DNA of 57,404 bases from Nemertoderma westbladi. Its lineage: Eukaryota; Animalia; Xenacoelomorpha. The translations under genes and the position numbers were made by a program. Positions 21,297 through 33,100 of this stretch are shown here, in pieces (positions within the stretch are counted from its first letter, which is position 1; the number at the start of each line of letters is the position of its first letter). The notes beneath the pieces are model-generated. The model saw only the letters and a program-made list of their open reading frames with translations, did not search any database and was not told the origin of the DNA. The stretch lies in NCBI GenBank assembly GCA_032718475.1, contig JAUCBJ010008256.1, forward strand, positions 1 to 57,404, written 5' to 3'.

Positions 21297-22286
21297 TTAG
21301 TTGCAAAAGTCTTCATTATTGCAGCAAATTAATTGGCAATCCTCCATGTGCTCTTTACATATCGATGGTTTTACCAGGACGTCGCAAACTTATCTGAGAT
21401 TTGATGACACAAAATCCTCAAAATTCCTTGCGCACCAATATATTATTCTTCTATCATTTCCCATCTCAGTCGCAGTCTGAAATATGAATATACATTTAGA
21501 ATATTAGGCTATTTTTATTTTAACACAGAATAATAAATTTCAACCAAATGTAAATTAACATGTCCGTTTAACGCATAGATTGACAGCTTTCCGACCCGTA
21601 CAATAATTCAAACCTATATAAAAGTTAAACTCGGAAATTATTTTGATATTATTGACTTTTAGGATTTAGATTGCCGAAATTTCAGAATAGTTTAGGATTG
21701 GGATATCCCCAAAGAGCACCGACCGCTAAACAATGGCTTTCATACTTGGACTCTTTGTATAGTACTTCAGAATTATTGAAGTTGTATAAATTTGTAGACA
21801 AAGTTCTACCCTAAGGTATATGAATAATGAAAAAAAAAAAAATAATTTAAATAGTCACTGTACTTTCATAAATATTAATATTAATTAATATTAATCTTGT
21901 GCTTTTGCGTTGAAATTTATCTTTGTAATATTAAGTGAATTGTTGTGCGGTGAGCGACGCGGTGTATTAAATATACAATAGGTAAATAAGTAAATTGTAA
22001 TATCCCCAATTATACTTTGTAGTATTGGTTTGATGTCTTGTGATTAATTAAATAGCGATTCTGGAGCTACCTACTATATTACTGTAGGCCTACTGTAGGC
22101 CTACTGTAGGCCTACTGTATGCCTACTGTATGCCTACTGTAGGCCTACTGTAGGTCTACACACACATACCACGCAAAAGTCGCATCCATTTCCAACTTTG
22201 ACGTCTCCATCGTGCGGCATAGTGTTTTTACAACGCAAACTGAATCCAACTACAACAAATGTTGCAAATACAAACAATTTCAACAT
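21297..22286 (-). pseudogene. Secreted three-finger (Ly6/uPAR-like) protein gene, 2 coding exons, premature TAA
   Basis: Exon 1, 22286-22170: MLKLFVFATFVVVGFS-LRCKNTMPHDGDVKVGNGCDFCV. Phase-0 GTATGT...TTTCAG intron. Exon 2, 21476-21297: TATEMGNDRRIIYWCARNFEDFVSSNLR*VCDVLVKPSICKEHMEDCQLICCNNEDFCN*. Signal peptide, 10 Cys, CC..D.CN end, AATAAA at the stop. Confidence 0.8.
22080..22154. repeat. 11-bp tandem repeat (CCTACTGTAGG)n in the Ly6-like intron
   Basis: About 6-7 adjacent units visible. Confidence 0.9.
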
Positions 22287-24236
22287 TTTCTCAGAAATGT
22301 TATGTATAGTAACCAAATAATATTTAAAAACAAAATAATTTGTTAAAACTTCAAATCAAAAGGGGTAGTCGATTTAGGCGGAAAAATCGATGTTTTGAAT
22401 TATACGTAATCTAAATATGTTATCTTATTTTATTTAATTTCTTATTTATCTTATGGAAAATAAATTATTTCAATCTTGAAAATTGCCTTTATTAACCCTA
22501 TTTGGACCGGGGGTGGGGGAGGGGGGGGGATCATTTTAGAAAATTTTTGTAATTCATCTGTATCTTTGAGTCAGGTTTGTTGGCAAAACCGAGATTTCGT
22601 GACTTTTCAAAAATTTTATGGGCTATCCAACAGAGAAAACCCTATTTACATGGCTACTGTACGTTAGTTTTCGCGCGGTTGTCCCTATGCTGAAACATCT
22701 CTGAGTTGTATAATTATTCATTCAACACACATTAACACAAGCAAATGCTGATTTAGCATTTTTGCTAAATTGATTTAAGAAATTGCTAGAACTATTACTG
22801 TAGGCCTACTAGAATTTGCTAAAAACTTTATTCAAGTGAAGTTCAGTAATAATTTCTGACAAAATCTTAAGTTTTTTCAAAAAGATTTTTGAAATTCAGA
22901 GAGACTTTCAAGGAATCAAAATTAAAAGATCTCCACAAAAAAGTAGCAGACACGTGTGAGTGTATTGAACGAGTTAACCGTATGTATACAGTACATACTG
23001 CACTGTACTGTTCATATATGGGCGAAAATACTTGGCCTACAGTAAGACACGTGGAGTGTGTTGGACAGACCAACTCCTATGTGTACAATGTACAGTACAT
23101 TGCATGGCAGTATGTATACTGCCATACTGTACTGTCTGTTGTACAGAACGAAAGACATGTGTGAGTCTATAAGTGTGTTGAACGAACAATATATCTGAAT
23201 GTGCAGTATAACTGTAGGAAACGTGATTGCGTGGCAGGTGTCTGAGTTATTTAATAATCGTAAATTATAAATCCCAGGCTGCAATCTCTGTGACTTAGAG
23301 CAATTCTATGTAGCAACAAACTTATACTGTATAGTTATGACACTACATGTAGCCACCGATGTGCTCACCGATATACAGTATATACTTTGCTTTTCATGAA
23401 ATAATTTATGTTGCGTGGAGTTAGCCATGTCTGTCGGAGAGAGTTTTCATTTCTTTCAAAAATAGTCTTTGGCATCTAAATGTCAAATGTTGCATGAAAA
23501 AAATCACCAAAATGTTTCTCATTAAGTCCCAGAAACCCTAATTTTAAACTTTTGAGTAAAAACCAACAACGTGTGTAACTGAACCAACCTGCGCATTCAG
23601 AAAACGCCATGGAAATCCAACAGCACATTGTCTGTATGCTGTCGAAGTGTATTTACCGCCCGGGCTAAATAGGATAATTCTTTTAACGCTCCATTATTGG
23701 TTTGTCCCTTTCTCGGAAAAGATTACTTAGAACATTCATATTACTGCCCTCCTCTACCTGGAACGAATAAAGGTTGTTACTTAATAAGATATTTTAACAT
23801 GACCTACTCGTCCGTGACCGGTTTAAGATCCGCTCTTCTGTAGTCGAAGTATTGATCTTCATTCGTTACTAGAACTTCGTCATCCCTTTGTATTTTCCCG
23901 TTTCCGCACTCTCCCTTGTAGCATGACACTCAGTTTCGGATATTTGCATCCATTTAAGCATTATTCCTTCTAAGGACTTACTGTATATCCAGTGGTCCCG
24001 GTATTTGTAGCCGATTGTGTTTACTTTTTGCTGTTTCGATAACAATGGTAACTACCGTTGTCGCGCCTCGTAGTCAATGACCCTATATTAATCTCGCCGG
24101 CGATCGGAAAATGAAATGCCTCGATAATAGTGAAAAAAGTTTTATTTTTTTCCCATGTAATAAACTGGAGACGGTCTAGGAGGTCCGATATGGAACCGCC
24201 GTATATTTCATAAAAAAAACTCCCTCAACTGGTACC

Positions 24237-24510
24237 GGTTACGAATTTGAGTTCCTTGTTACAAATCTGAGTTTCTAGTTACAAATCTGAGAGTTTTGTT
24301 ACAAAACAGAGTTCCCGGTTACAAATCTGAACGCCTAGTTACGAATTGGTGTTCCCAGTTACGAATTTGAGTGCCTGATTATAAACTTGTGTTCATGGTT
24401 ACAAATCTGTAGGTTTGGTTACAAATAACAGCACTCTGTCCCAACTTTATGTCCCTTGTTAAGTTTTATAAAAAAATGTCACAAATCTGAACACCCAGTT
24501 ACAAATTCAA
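24237..24510. repeat. Degenerate ~20-bp minisatellite (GTTACAAATCTGA core)
   Basis: GTTAC(A/G)AAT recurs about every 20 nt. Confidence 0.85.
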
Positions 24511-25135
24511 CTTATTAGTTATAAATCCAAGTAACCAGTAATAAATCCAAGCACCATGTATCCCAGTCTTAGAACCCATGAGCATATATCAGACTGTTCA
24601 GTTACAAATTCGATTACTCAGTTACAAAATATGAGTATAAGTCAAGATTGTATCTGCAACACAACTTATACTTATACTGTATCTTACACTGGCTAAGAAT
24701 CTATTAAAAAAATCACATAAGTAGGCCTACTGTGAATGCAGTTGGGATCAGTTGCTTTAGATTCCCGTATAATAGCCACAGCGGATATCTGTTTGGTGTA
24801 AATAATAAATAGTTGAAAATTCAACTTATTAGTTATAAATCCAAGTAACCAGTAATAAATCCAAGCACCATGTAACCCAGTCTTAGAACCCATGAGCATA
24901 TATCAGACTGTTCAGTTACAAATTCGATTACTCAGTTACAAAATATGAGTATAAGTCAAGATTGTATCTGCAACACAACTTATACTTATACTGTATCTTA
25001 CACTGGCTAAGAATCTATTAAAAAAATCACATAAGTAGGCCTACTGTGAATGCAGTTGGGATCAGTTGCTTTAGATTCCCGTATAATAGCCACAGCGGAT
25101 ATCTGTTTGGTGTAAATAATAAATAATTTGAAAAT
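24503..25135. repeat. 314-bp tandem duplication
   Basis: AAATTCAACTTATTAGTTATAAATCC at 24503 and 24817; the following sequence is near-identical. Confidence 0.92.
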
Positions 25136-25718
25136 TGTAAAAGCTTTTGCGGACATAATAAGTCATTTTTCCCGCAATGCGCAGTGTAGGGGCTTTTGCG
25201 GACATAACAAGTCCTTCTCCCGCAATGCGCAGAATACTCTAAAATAGCCCTAAATTTATCCAACTACGTGAAGGGGAGGAATCAGAGCCCAGATGATAAA
25301 ATCTATCAGCTGATTCTTTGTGGTCGTGGAACTTCTTTGTTCTGCTCAGCCAATCAGAGCGATTTTCACTTTATGTCTGACAGAGGCCTATGGAAACTCG
25401 CGCAATGCATTACGGTCTTTGTTCACCTTTTTCTGAGCCTCAGAACCGGCTTGGAATCTTCTGTACTTCTGTGTAGAAGTTTCAGACTTTGGCCTAAACA
25501 TCAGATGGCTTTGATTATAGGAACGTAAATCTATTATCCGATCACATCATATCATATTACGGTATTTTCATAACCGCATAAGTAACACATGCGACTGTTC
25601 ACCGCATTATTTTACTTCTGTTATTAATTGTTGTTATATTGATGGATATGTTGCCATATTTGGAGAATACCGATAAATAATCATAAAACCCCCAATCTTC
25701 TTGATTACTGAAGGTAAG

Positions 25719-26876
25719 TGTTTGCGCTTTTAAGACCTTTGACAGTTTAACCTGCCAAAATTAGAATGTCTTTTGGATGATAAATAGTCTTTAGCCTATG
25801 ACGAGTATTTGATACACTACATTAGCCGAAGCCAGTCTATGCGCAATCATTCACCCGTTGGATATACCCGGGAGACTGAGTTCGGAGCTTAATGATTGAT
25901 GGTGTAAGCCTACTGTATTATTCGACTGATCGTAATATATAATCTCTGACAAATATTATTCACTTTCGGGAAATATTAACAGTTCCTTTAGGACGTGGCG
26001 CTCTAAATATGTAAACAGAGTTATGACTTAAACTAGACGCAATGAGATGGCTATAGATTCACGTATATGGCGCATTCTTTAGGAGATGCTTTGTTATCAG
26101 TCACAATCATACACAATGCTGCACAATGCTGCACACCAATCTGCCGACCTTCACTAATTTTAGTCACATACAAAGAGAATAACAGACAATACATGTAGGG
26201 CCTATAAAATAGCATTAGATTCACTTCACACCACTTAACATAAGTCGCAATCGTTTATCTGTAACCGGTCTCTCTAACCTTTAGTATATATCTGACTATT
26301 GATCAGTATTCCAAATATAATCTTCCATCAACAAATATAATGAATAACCGACAGCAAAAGCAGTAATGTTAAGTAAGATATGCATGATATGTTTAGTAAG
26401 CATTGAGATATGAATTGCATTGGTATGGTTAGATAACAGATATACGTTCTATAATTAAGCCTACTAATGTAAGACTAAAGACTGAAACACGGAGGTGCCA
26501 AAAGCCGGTGTTCTTAGGCTCTGGGCAAAAACATAACACTGAATTCCTGAGTTTCTGTATCCACCTCCAACACAGAGACAAAAAACGCTCTGATTGGTCG
26601 ACCGAACAACGAGAGAACAAAGAAACAAAGAAATGTCGACGTGGCAATATCAGCTGTTAGCCGTCGTCATGGTAGCGACACTGTTTTCAAGAGTATCGAG
26701 CTTTTTGCATCACGAAATTGCGGATTATGTCCTCTAAAGTACAAATACAGAAGAAATGGCTTTTATGTCCTCTAAAACACCAGTACAGCAAGGACACGGC
26801 CTTTTTATGCCTGGTAAACCAACCACAGAGTACTTTACGGGGTTAATAACCGGCTAATTACGCAAAAGCTTTTACA
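25719..26876 (-). repeat. 3' LTR of element B (1158 bp)
   Basis: Matches 36753-37924 except a 14-nt indel and about 3 substitutions seen; preceded by GGGAGCGG. Confidence 0.95.
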
Positions 26877-26902
26877 CCGCTCCCAGAAAATGGGATTTAA
26901 GT

Positions 26903-28499
26903 CTATAAAATATAACAAATCACAGTTTCTAAAATATAAAGATACTCTAAACAGTTAGTCTTTCTTACGCAGACGGCGTTTACGCAGTTTTTTGAGGCTA
27001 GCAAGAGTCCTTTTCTCTTTGGGGCGAGCCACTTTACTAGGAGGGCTATAAATCCTGGGTGAAGGGTGCAATATGATTGCATCAGAAGGTGTAGGATTAT
27101 GGTCGGGGTATCCGCCGTTTCGATATGCTTCTCCTCGAGCTGATTTTCCTCCGCTCGTAGCTGGATACGTTCATCCAAAAACTCTCGCAGAGAATGGGGT
27201 TGTCTAAGTTCGATATCTTCTTAGAGATTCTGGATTTCACAATCGAACTGAGATAAAGACAATTCGTTTATCGCTTGGACTTGCTGTTTCAACTTACGTT
27301 TATCTGAACAAACGCAGGTTTCCTTTCTGATCTTTGTAGAATAGCGTTTAACTCGTTTGGTACAACGTTCTCCGCCACTTTGGTGACAGGTTATATCGTG
27401 TTAAGCCGGGACGATGGTAAGGGTTAAACGGCGATATTAAATGTCCGCGTCCCAATCCTGCTAGGTAGAATGGGCTAATATCTAGGAAGCCCACAAATGG
27501 GGTGCCACCGACTAATTGTTCAGGTAACACTAGATCTTTGAGCAGTGAGTGCAGCTCGGGAGGATCCGTCATACTAATAGGATCAAGAGTCTGAGGTCTC
27601 ACTAGGGAATGAGGAGCTCTGATCGAGTATTCCGAAACTCTGATCATTGGTTTATTTAAGGATCGTCTGAGTCGAACGAGCGTAGGTGATACATTGAACA
27701 AGTTTCGCTCGAAACTCCCGTAAGTATAGCGAGTAAAAACGTGTTTAAAACAACGTCTCCGCGGATGTTTATGTCTTTCCGTTTGTTGGTTGGGTCTTGG
27801 GCATTCCTCGCAATAATACCAAAAACGCACATCTTGTAGGGGAAACTCGAGTAATCTTTCTCCAGCTTACAATATTCCTCCATCCGTTCGAAGCTATCTG
27901 GTACAACAGGTAGCGGTCGATCGGCGGTAAGATACATCATAGTGGAATAGAGCCGTTTGAGTTCTACCATGCGGTCATGATGTATACCTTGAGGATATCG
28001 AGTTTCTAGATTCTGTTGACTGGTAATATCGAGATAGGTTTCTCTCAAGAATTCCAGGTATTTGGTGAAGTCGCTGCGTTTATCCGGCTCTTCAACATCT
28101 GCACTTTCGAGTCGGTTTCGAATAGAATTTTCGTGTTCGAGTCTCAGTTTATCGTTCCGCTTCCGCTGGGTATGATATTTAAATAAACCATTTCCCTTTT
28201 GGTGTCTATATCGTTCGTATCGTGTAGGTCGATAGGATGACCAGTAGTTAAGAAGTCCATATACGTACCATTACGATGCATATAGCGAGCGGTAAATTTT
28301 CTGCAGTCCAACCCACGCGCAAGTTGCTCCCGGGAGATTGGCGGTTAGATATAACGACCATCGTCCTCCGTAGTAGTTGGACCAGCGTCGCCGCGTATCA
28401 AGCTATCAACAAACGCTTGTAAAGGTAGAGTATATCGCTCCCTGATACCAAGATCATCTTCTATCAACTCAATAATATCTGCTATATAAGTTTATCCAT
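26903..28499 (-). pseudogene. Broken accessory reading frame(s) in the env position of element B
   Basis: Series of same-strand ORFs (27656-28048, 27348-27830, 26903-27178). The 130-aa frame is open upstream to about 28270, and there is an ATG in ATAATGGA context at 28499. No recognised domain. Confidence 0.45.
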
Positions 28500-29313
28500 A
28501 TTATACTGTAATGAGTTTATATTTAGGCGAGCGGGCGTCGCTGCCTACCCCTCTCTGCCCCCGGACAGTGCGAGATCCTCAGCGCTGGTGTACTTTCGCC
28601 GATGTGCCTATCGCCAACGTCGTAGCTGCACAACGACTACAACAACCAGCACGAGCCACTCCACCGTCCGTCCCAAAGGCTTAGATATACTTCAGGTTCT
28701 TACTGGAGAGTTAGGGTTACTTTCACAATTGCGACTCGCTACTGTAAACACACCTTAGTAGTAACATTCACCTACAAACGCACAAATTCCACGTAACAGT
28801 CACAAATGGTACACATTCTATCACACATTCGGGTCATTTGTCCGTTAGTCAAGTGCCTTCCAGAATGTCACGTTGTTATTATGTATCCTTGGATACTAGC
28901 GGTGTGCTATTTATTCCGTATGCTATTCAATGCGCAAGCCCTTTATTGTTCTTTTAAGTCACTTCTAATTCTAGCGTGGTTGTTGCCATGGTGACATTAT
29001 GGAAAGCTAGCGGTAGAATTAGGGTAATTCTCATGCGTACAGATCTGGGATGCTATTTAATAGTAATTCTTTAATTGTCAATATCCTCTCTATATATGAT
29101 TTTATGAATTTTATCGGCTATTGACTATACATTGGAGATTCTCACACACAAATACACTTAATAGAGTGAATCTCCGCTCCCATGATCTATTAATTAATGG
29201 AATTTTGGGAATGTTATAAATTGTATAAAATGACAATTTATTAAATTCATTGAAATATATGAATTTAAATTTATTCCCGTAAATTTTATTATTTAATGTT
29301 AAATAGACGTAAT

Positions 29314-29606
29314 TTTATTCCAGAACGTGTCTGGGGACTGGGATCCTTGATTCTAGGAATTTTGTCTTTTAAAGAGTATCGGTAAGTGCTACGATATCTT
29401 AATCGACTAGAATTTTAAAGGATCTGATATTTGACAGATTTTGTAAATATTAATAATTAATATTTAGGATGGGCACCAGTTTATTCCAGAACTTGTCTGG
29501 GGACGTTAACCGCTGATTCTAGAATTTTGTCTTTCAAGTATATCGGTGGGTGCCGCGATATCTTAATCGACTAGAATTACAGATGGTCAAAGGGTTTAAC
29601 AGATTT
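29314..29606. repeat. Two diverged ~130-bp direct repeats with internal hairpins
   Basis: TTTATTCCAGAAC.TGTCTGGGGAC...CGATATCTTAATCGACTAGAATT at about 29314 and 29480. Confidence 0.85.
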
Positions 29607-30120
29607 ATTTGCGTTGTACGCTACTGTTAAAGGGACATCACGCTACTATATGTATTATTTAATATACGGTATGAGAGCAATATCGCACGAAGCAATGTCA
29701 GTGTGAAGAGGCAAGTCGTTTCCAAGGTCTACCCAGAGCTTGGTTTAGCCGAGACACGAGGATCTGAACTTTGCATTCCTAATACTCTGCCTACCAATAA
29801 TACTTGAATATAGTAGTGGCTTTATTGTACTTTAATAAGTACGGACATTTCATCTTACTGTAGTTACGTATTTATAATATAACACGGACAGTAAGGAAAG
29901 ATAAAATACTTGTTTCTCACCGTCACACTAAATATAATATAAGTAATTACGTACGCAATAAACACGAATATATTGCACTATTCTACTAAATAATCGCTAA
30001 ATAATATTCTACTTAATTAAATAAAACGATTATAATAAAATTACATAGTAATACATACAGAAATATAAAAATAATAAAATAATATAAAATAATAGAGTCA
30101 CACACCCACTCCATATGTTG

Positions 30121-33100
30121 TTACGTTATGGAGTCCCTAGATGTTTGAAGGATTAGGGAGGTGGTCGTGGGAAGAGAATCTTGCCTTCCACAGTTTCCGG
30201 AGAGTCCTCCATTCCCTTCCGGTAAACACAAACGACCGACTGGGTGATTGAGTCGCTGCATCCCGAATACAATTCCAGGTTTCCTCTTCGTCCTGGAATA
30301 GTTACGATAGAAACATCGCTCTAGATACACGACGGCCTTACAAAGCCGATTCCAGGAGCTATAGTGGTCCGTCGCTCCCTGCAGGAGAGGTGAGAGTCCC
30401 TGCGAGACGTCTGATGTTCCAGAGCTCCAATCGCTCTCTCTGATCTTCATGAAGGATCCACTCGCGGTGGGGAGGTCCAGATCCACGGCGTCATCCCTGG
30501 CAATATGTAATACCGACAGATCTATCCCGGGTTCAAATAACTCCGATCCACCCGTCCGGGTTTTAGGTTTGACTTTCTCCGCTCCCTTGGCTGGTCTAAT
30601 CTCAGTCGGAGTAAGATGGGGAGGCCATTCATCCTCCTTACTCAGGAAGTCGGGTTCACCTAACCGGTCTGTAGTATCTGTCAGTTCTTGAGGAGTTGCT
30701 CCTCTGGAAGCGATGTCAGTTGGATTAAACTTCTTGGGGCAATATCTCCATTGATCTACATTGGAGCTAATATCGTCATTATCTGAGGAGTATGGTGTTC
30801 CCTCAGTTGGGTCGTCTCCCTCACTAGTATCATCTTCCCATTCACTCACCTGGCAGACGCGATCTTGAAGCAGTCTTTCTCTGAGCGTTCTTCGGGAAGG
30901 TCCAGTAAGGTACCAACCTACTCTAGTTCTTACCGCATAGGTCTGAAGTGGTTGCGGTTGAGCAGGTCGTATCTCCAATGTCTCCAGCGCCTCATGCGCG
31001 TTTTGACTGATTAATATTTGTACTCCAGGATAATCGGTGTCGAATCTAGGAATGTTAAGTTGTTGGGCATGATCATCTTCGTCCCAATTATAAGGTTCCA
31101 CTTGGGTGGTAGCGAAGTTCTTTATTGCCACCATTTTGACTGACCTTATACTGTGTTCTCCTAGTTTATCCTGTGGAGTGGACAACTCACCTATATAATA
31201 GTCGGCAGCCACAGCAGATTTCCAAACCTGCATGATCCCTGACATGTTTAGCTTGGTTCGGAACTTGGGTTGTCCAGCAAAGATGTCTTCGGCTAGTTCT
31301 TTATCGATGAATGTTCCTGTGCTGCCGGAGTCCAGGAGGGCGTTCACTATATAGCTCTTCTGAGGTCCGTGGACCCGTAACTGGACTACAAGAAATTCTC
31401 GGATTCCTACATTGGAAGTTGGCGCTTTCCAAAATGGTTGTCGATCAGAAGTGGTTAGAGCGAGGTCAATGTCTGTATCTTTTTCATAGATGAGTGCTCG
31501 ATACACTGTGGTATTTATCATGTAACAGGATTCGTTTTCGTCGGAGAACTCGTCCGTATAGAATCCTTCCATCTCAGATTGATCAGTGTCGTTCACATCA
31601 CTGAATTGGACATGTAGTTTGGAATCACTTACCTGACTCGGACTATTTCGCTCGAATTCAGTGTGCAACAAGATATGATGTTTCGCACCGCACTTAGCAC
31701 ATCTTGTGTCAGAGTAACAGGTTCGCCGTTGGTGTCCTTGTCTGAGGCAATTATAGCACAACCGCTTGTCCCACATGACTTCACATCTCTCAGTTAATGA
31801 TTTCTTTAGAAATTCATCACACATATTTAAGCGATGGGTCCCATCACATAGCGCACATTTCGGTTTGATGTTACTTACCTTACTCTGAGTAACATTGTGT
31901 ACACTTGTCCTTTCTTCGGGCTTTCTCACCTGAATTCTCTTGGGAGACGTAGGAGGAGTTTTTTTTACCTGTTCTCTCCTGTCATTTGTTCGAGACTTGA
32001 ATTTACTAACCTGATCTTTAGGCATTTTATTTACGTAATAAGATTTGTCAGTGTCTTTCCCGCTATCTTCTCTTTGAGAAGTCTGGCTTTCGCCATCATC
32101 TGTATAACACACTGGTGTTACCTTTCTCCTAGAGACGGGTTTTTCACTTACCTTGTTTTCCGGTGTCTTCTCTCTGGACAGTTTCAGGAGCTGTAATTTC
32201 ACTTCTCCATCTAGGAATGACATGAGATCAGCCATGGTAGGGTCTCGTCGTTGTTGTTCCATCATATATAACACTTTCTTATCCCAGCGTGTACCTACTC
32301 CACCCTTCGGTAAAGTAGAAGCCACTGCTCTAATAACCATAGCATTCTGATACTCATGAGACTTACCTAGCCAATCTAATTGTCTGCAGATCTCCTGAAT
32401 CTCATCGGAAAACTCTATAATTCCGCTGCTAATAAACTTTCGGGGCGCTACTAACTTTGCATACAAATACCCAGCTATGTTATTCCTATTACCATACCTG
32501 ATGTTTAGTGTATCCCAAACTTGTCTTAATCCGTCTGGATGTCCAATAAACTTTAACGCCATTAACTTGGGAGATCCTTCCAAGCACTCGATGAGGAACC
32601 TAAGTTTCTCTCCATTAGATAGTACAGAGTTCTGTATGTTATCTTTGTAATATTCATTAAAAGGTAACCATTTCATCTCATCTCCATTGAACTTGACGAT
32701 CTCTCCCACCTTTACTGCTTGCCGGGCTTCGGTTCTAGCCATTTGACGCGTAAAACTTTCTTGGGCCATCGTGTTATTTAATATCGAGTTATCGGTATAT
32801 AAATTTCTCGGATTATGATCCGGTCTATAGGGAATATCATTATCAACAGGCCTATAATTACCCTTAATAGGGTTCACTATAGGAGTTTCTACTTCGCTAG
32901 CAGTATAGATGCGTGTAGGCTCCACACCTTGCGCATGAGATACTTCAGACCTAACAGGTTGACACATTGTTACAAGGGGTGGTGGTATACCCTTTTGTAA
33001 ATTTACTAATTTATCACGTTCTAGCGCGATATTTTGCTGTACTTCTTGCAACTCTAACCTACTTTCCTTTACGGTTCCCTTTAACTGTTGAACAGTCCCT

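Noticed and set aside
11787-21392. Stop-codon reassignment suggested by the in-frame TAG (gag) and TAA (Ly6-like gene)
   Set aside because: pol, ABCC, RTE and the Ly6-like gene end at TAG/TAA in the expected places, and the long ORFs are otherwise stop-free.
22492-22530. piggyBac-like end TTAACCCTATTTGGACCGG
   Set aside because: No matching opposite end found in the window.
26429-26647. Identical 72-aa ORF also at 37477-37695
   Set aside because: Non-ATG start inside the LTR; the identity follows from LTR duplication.
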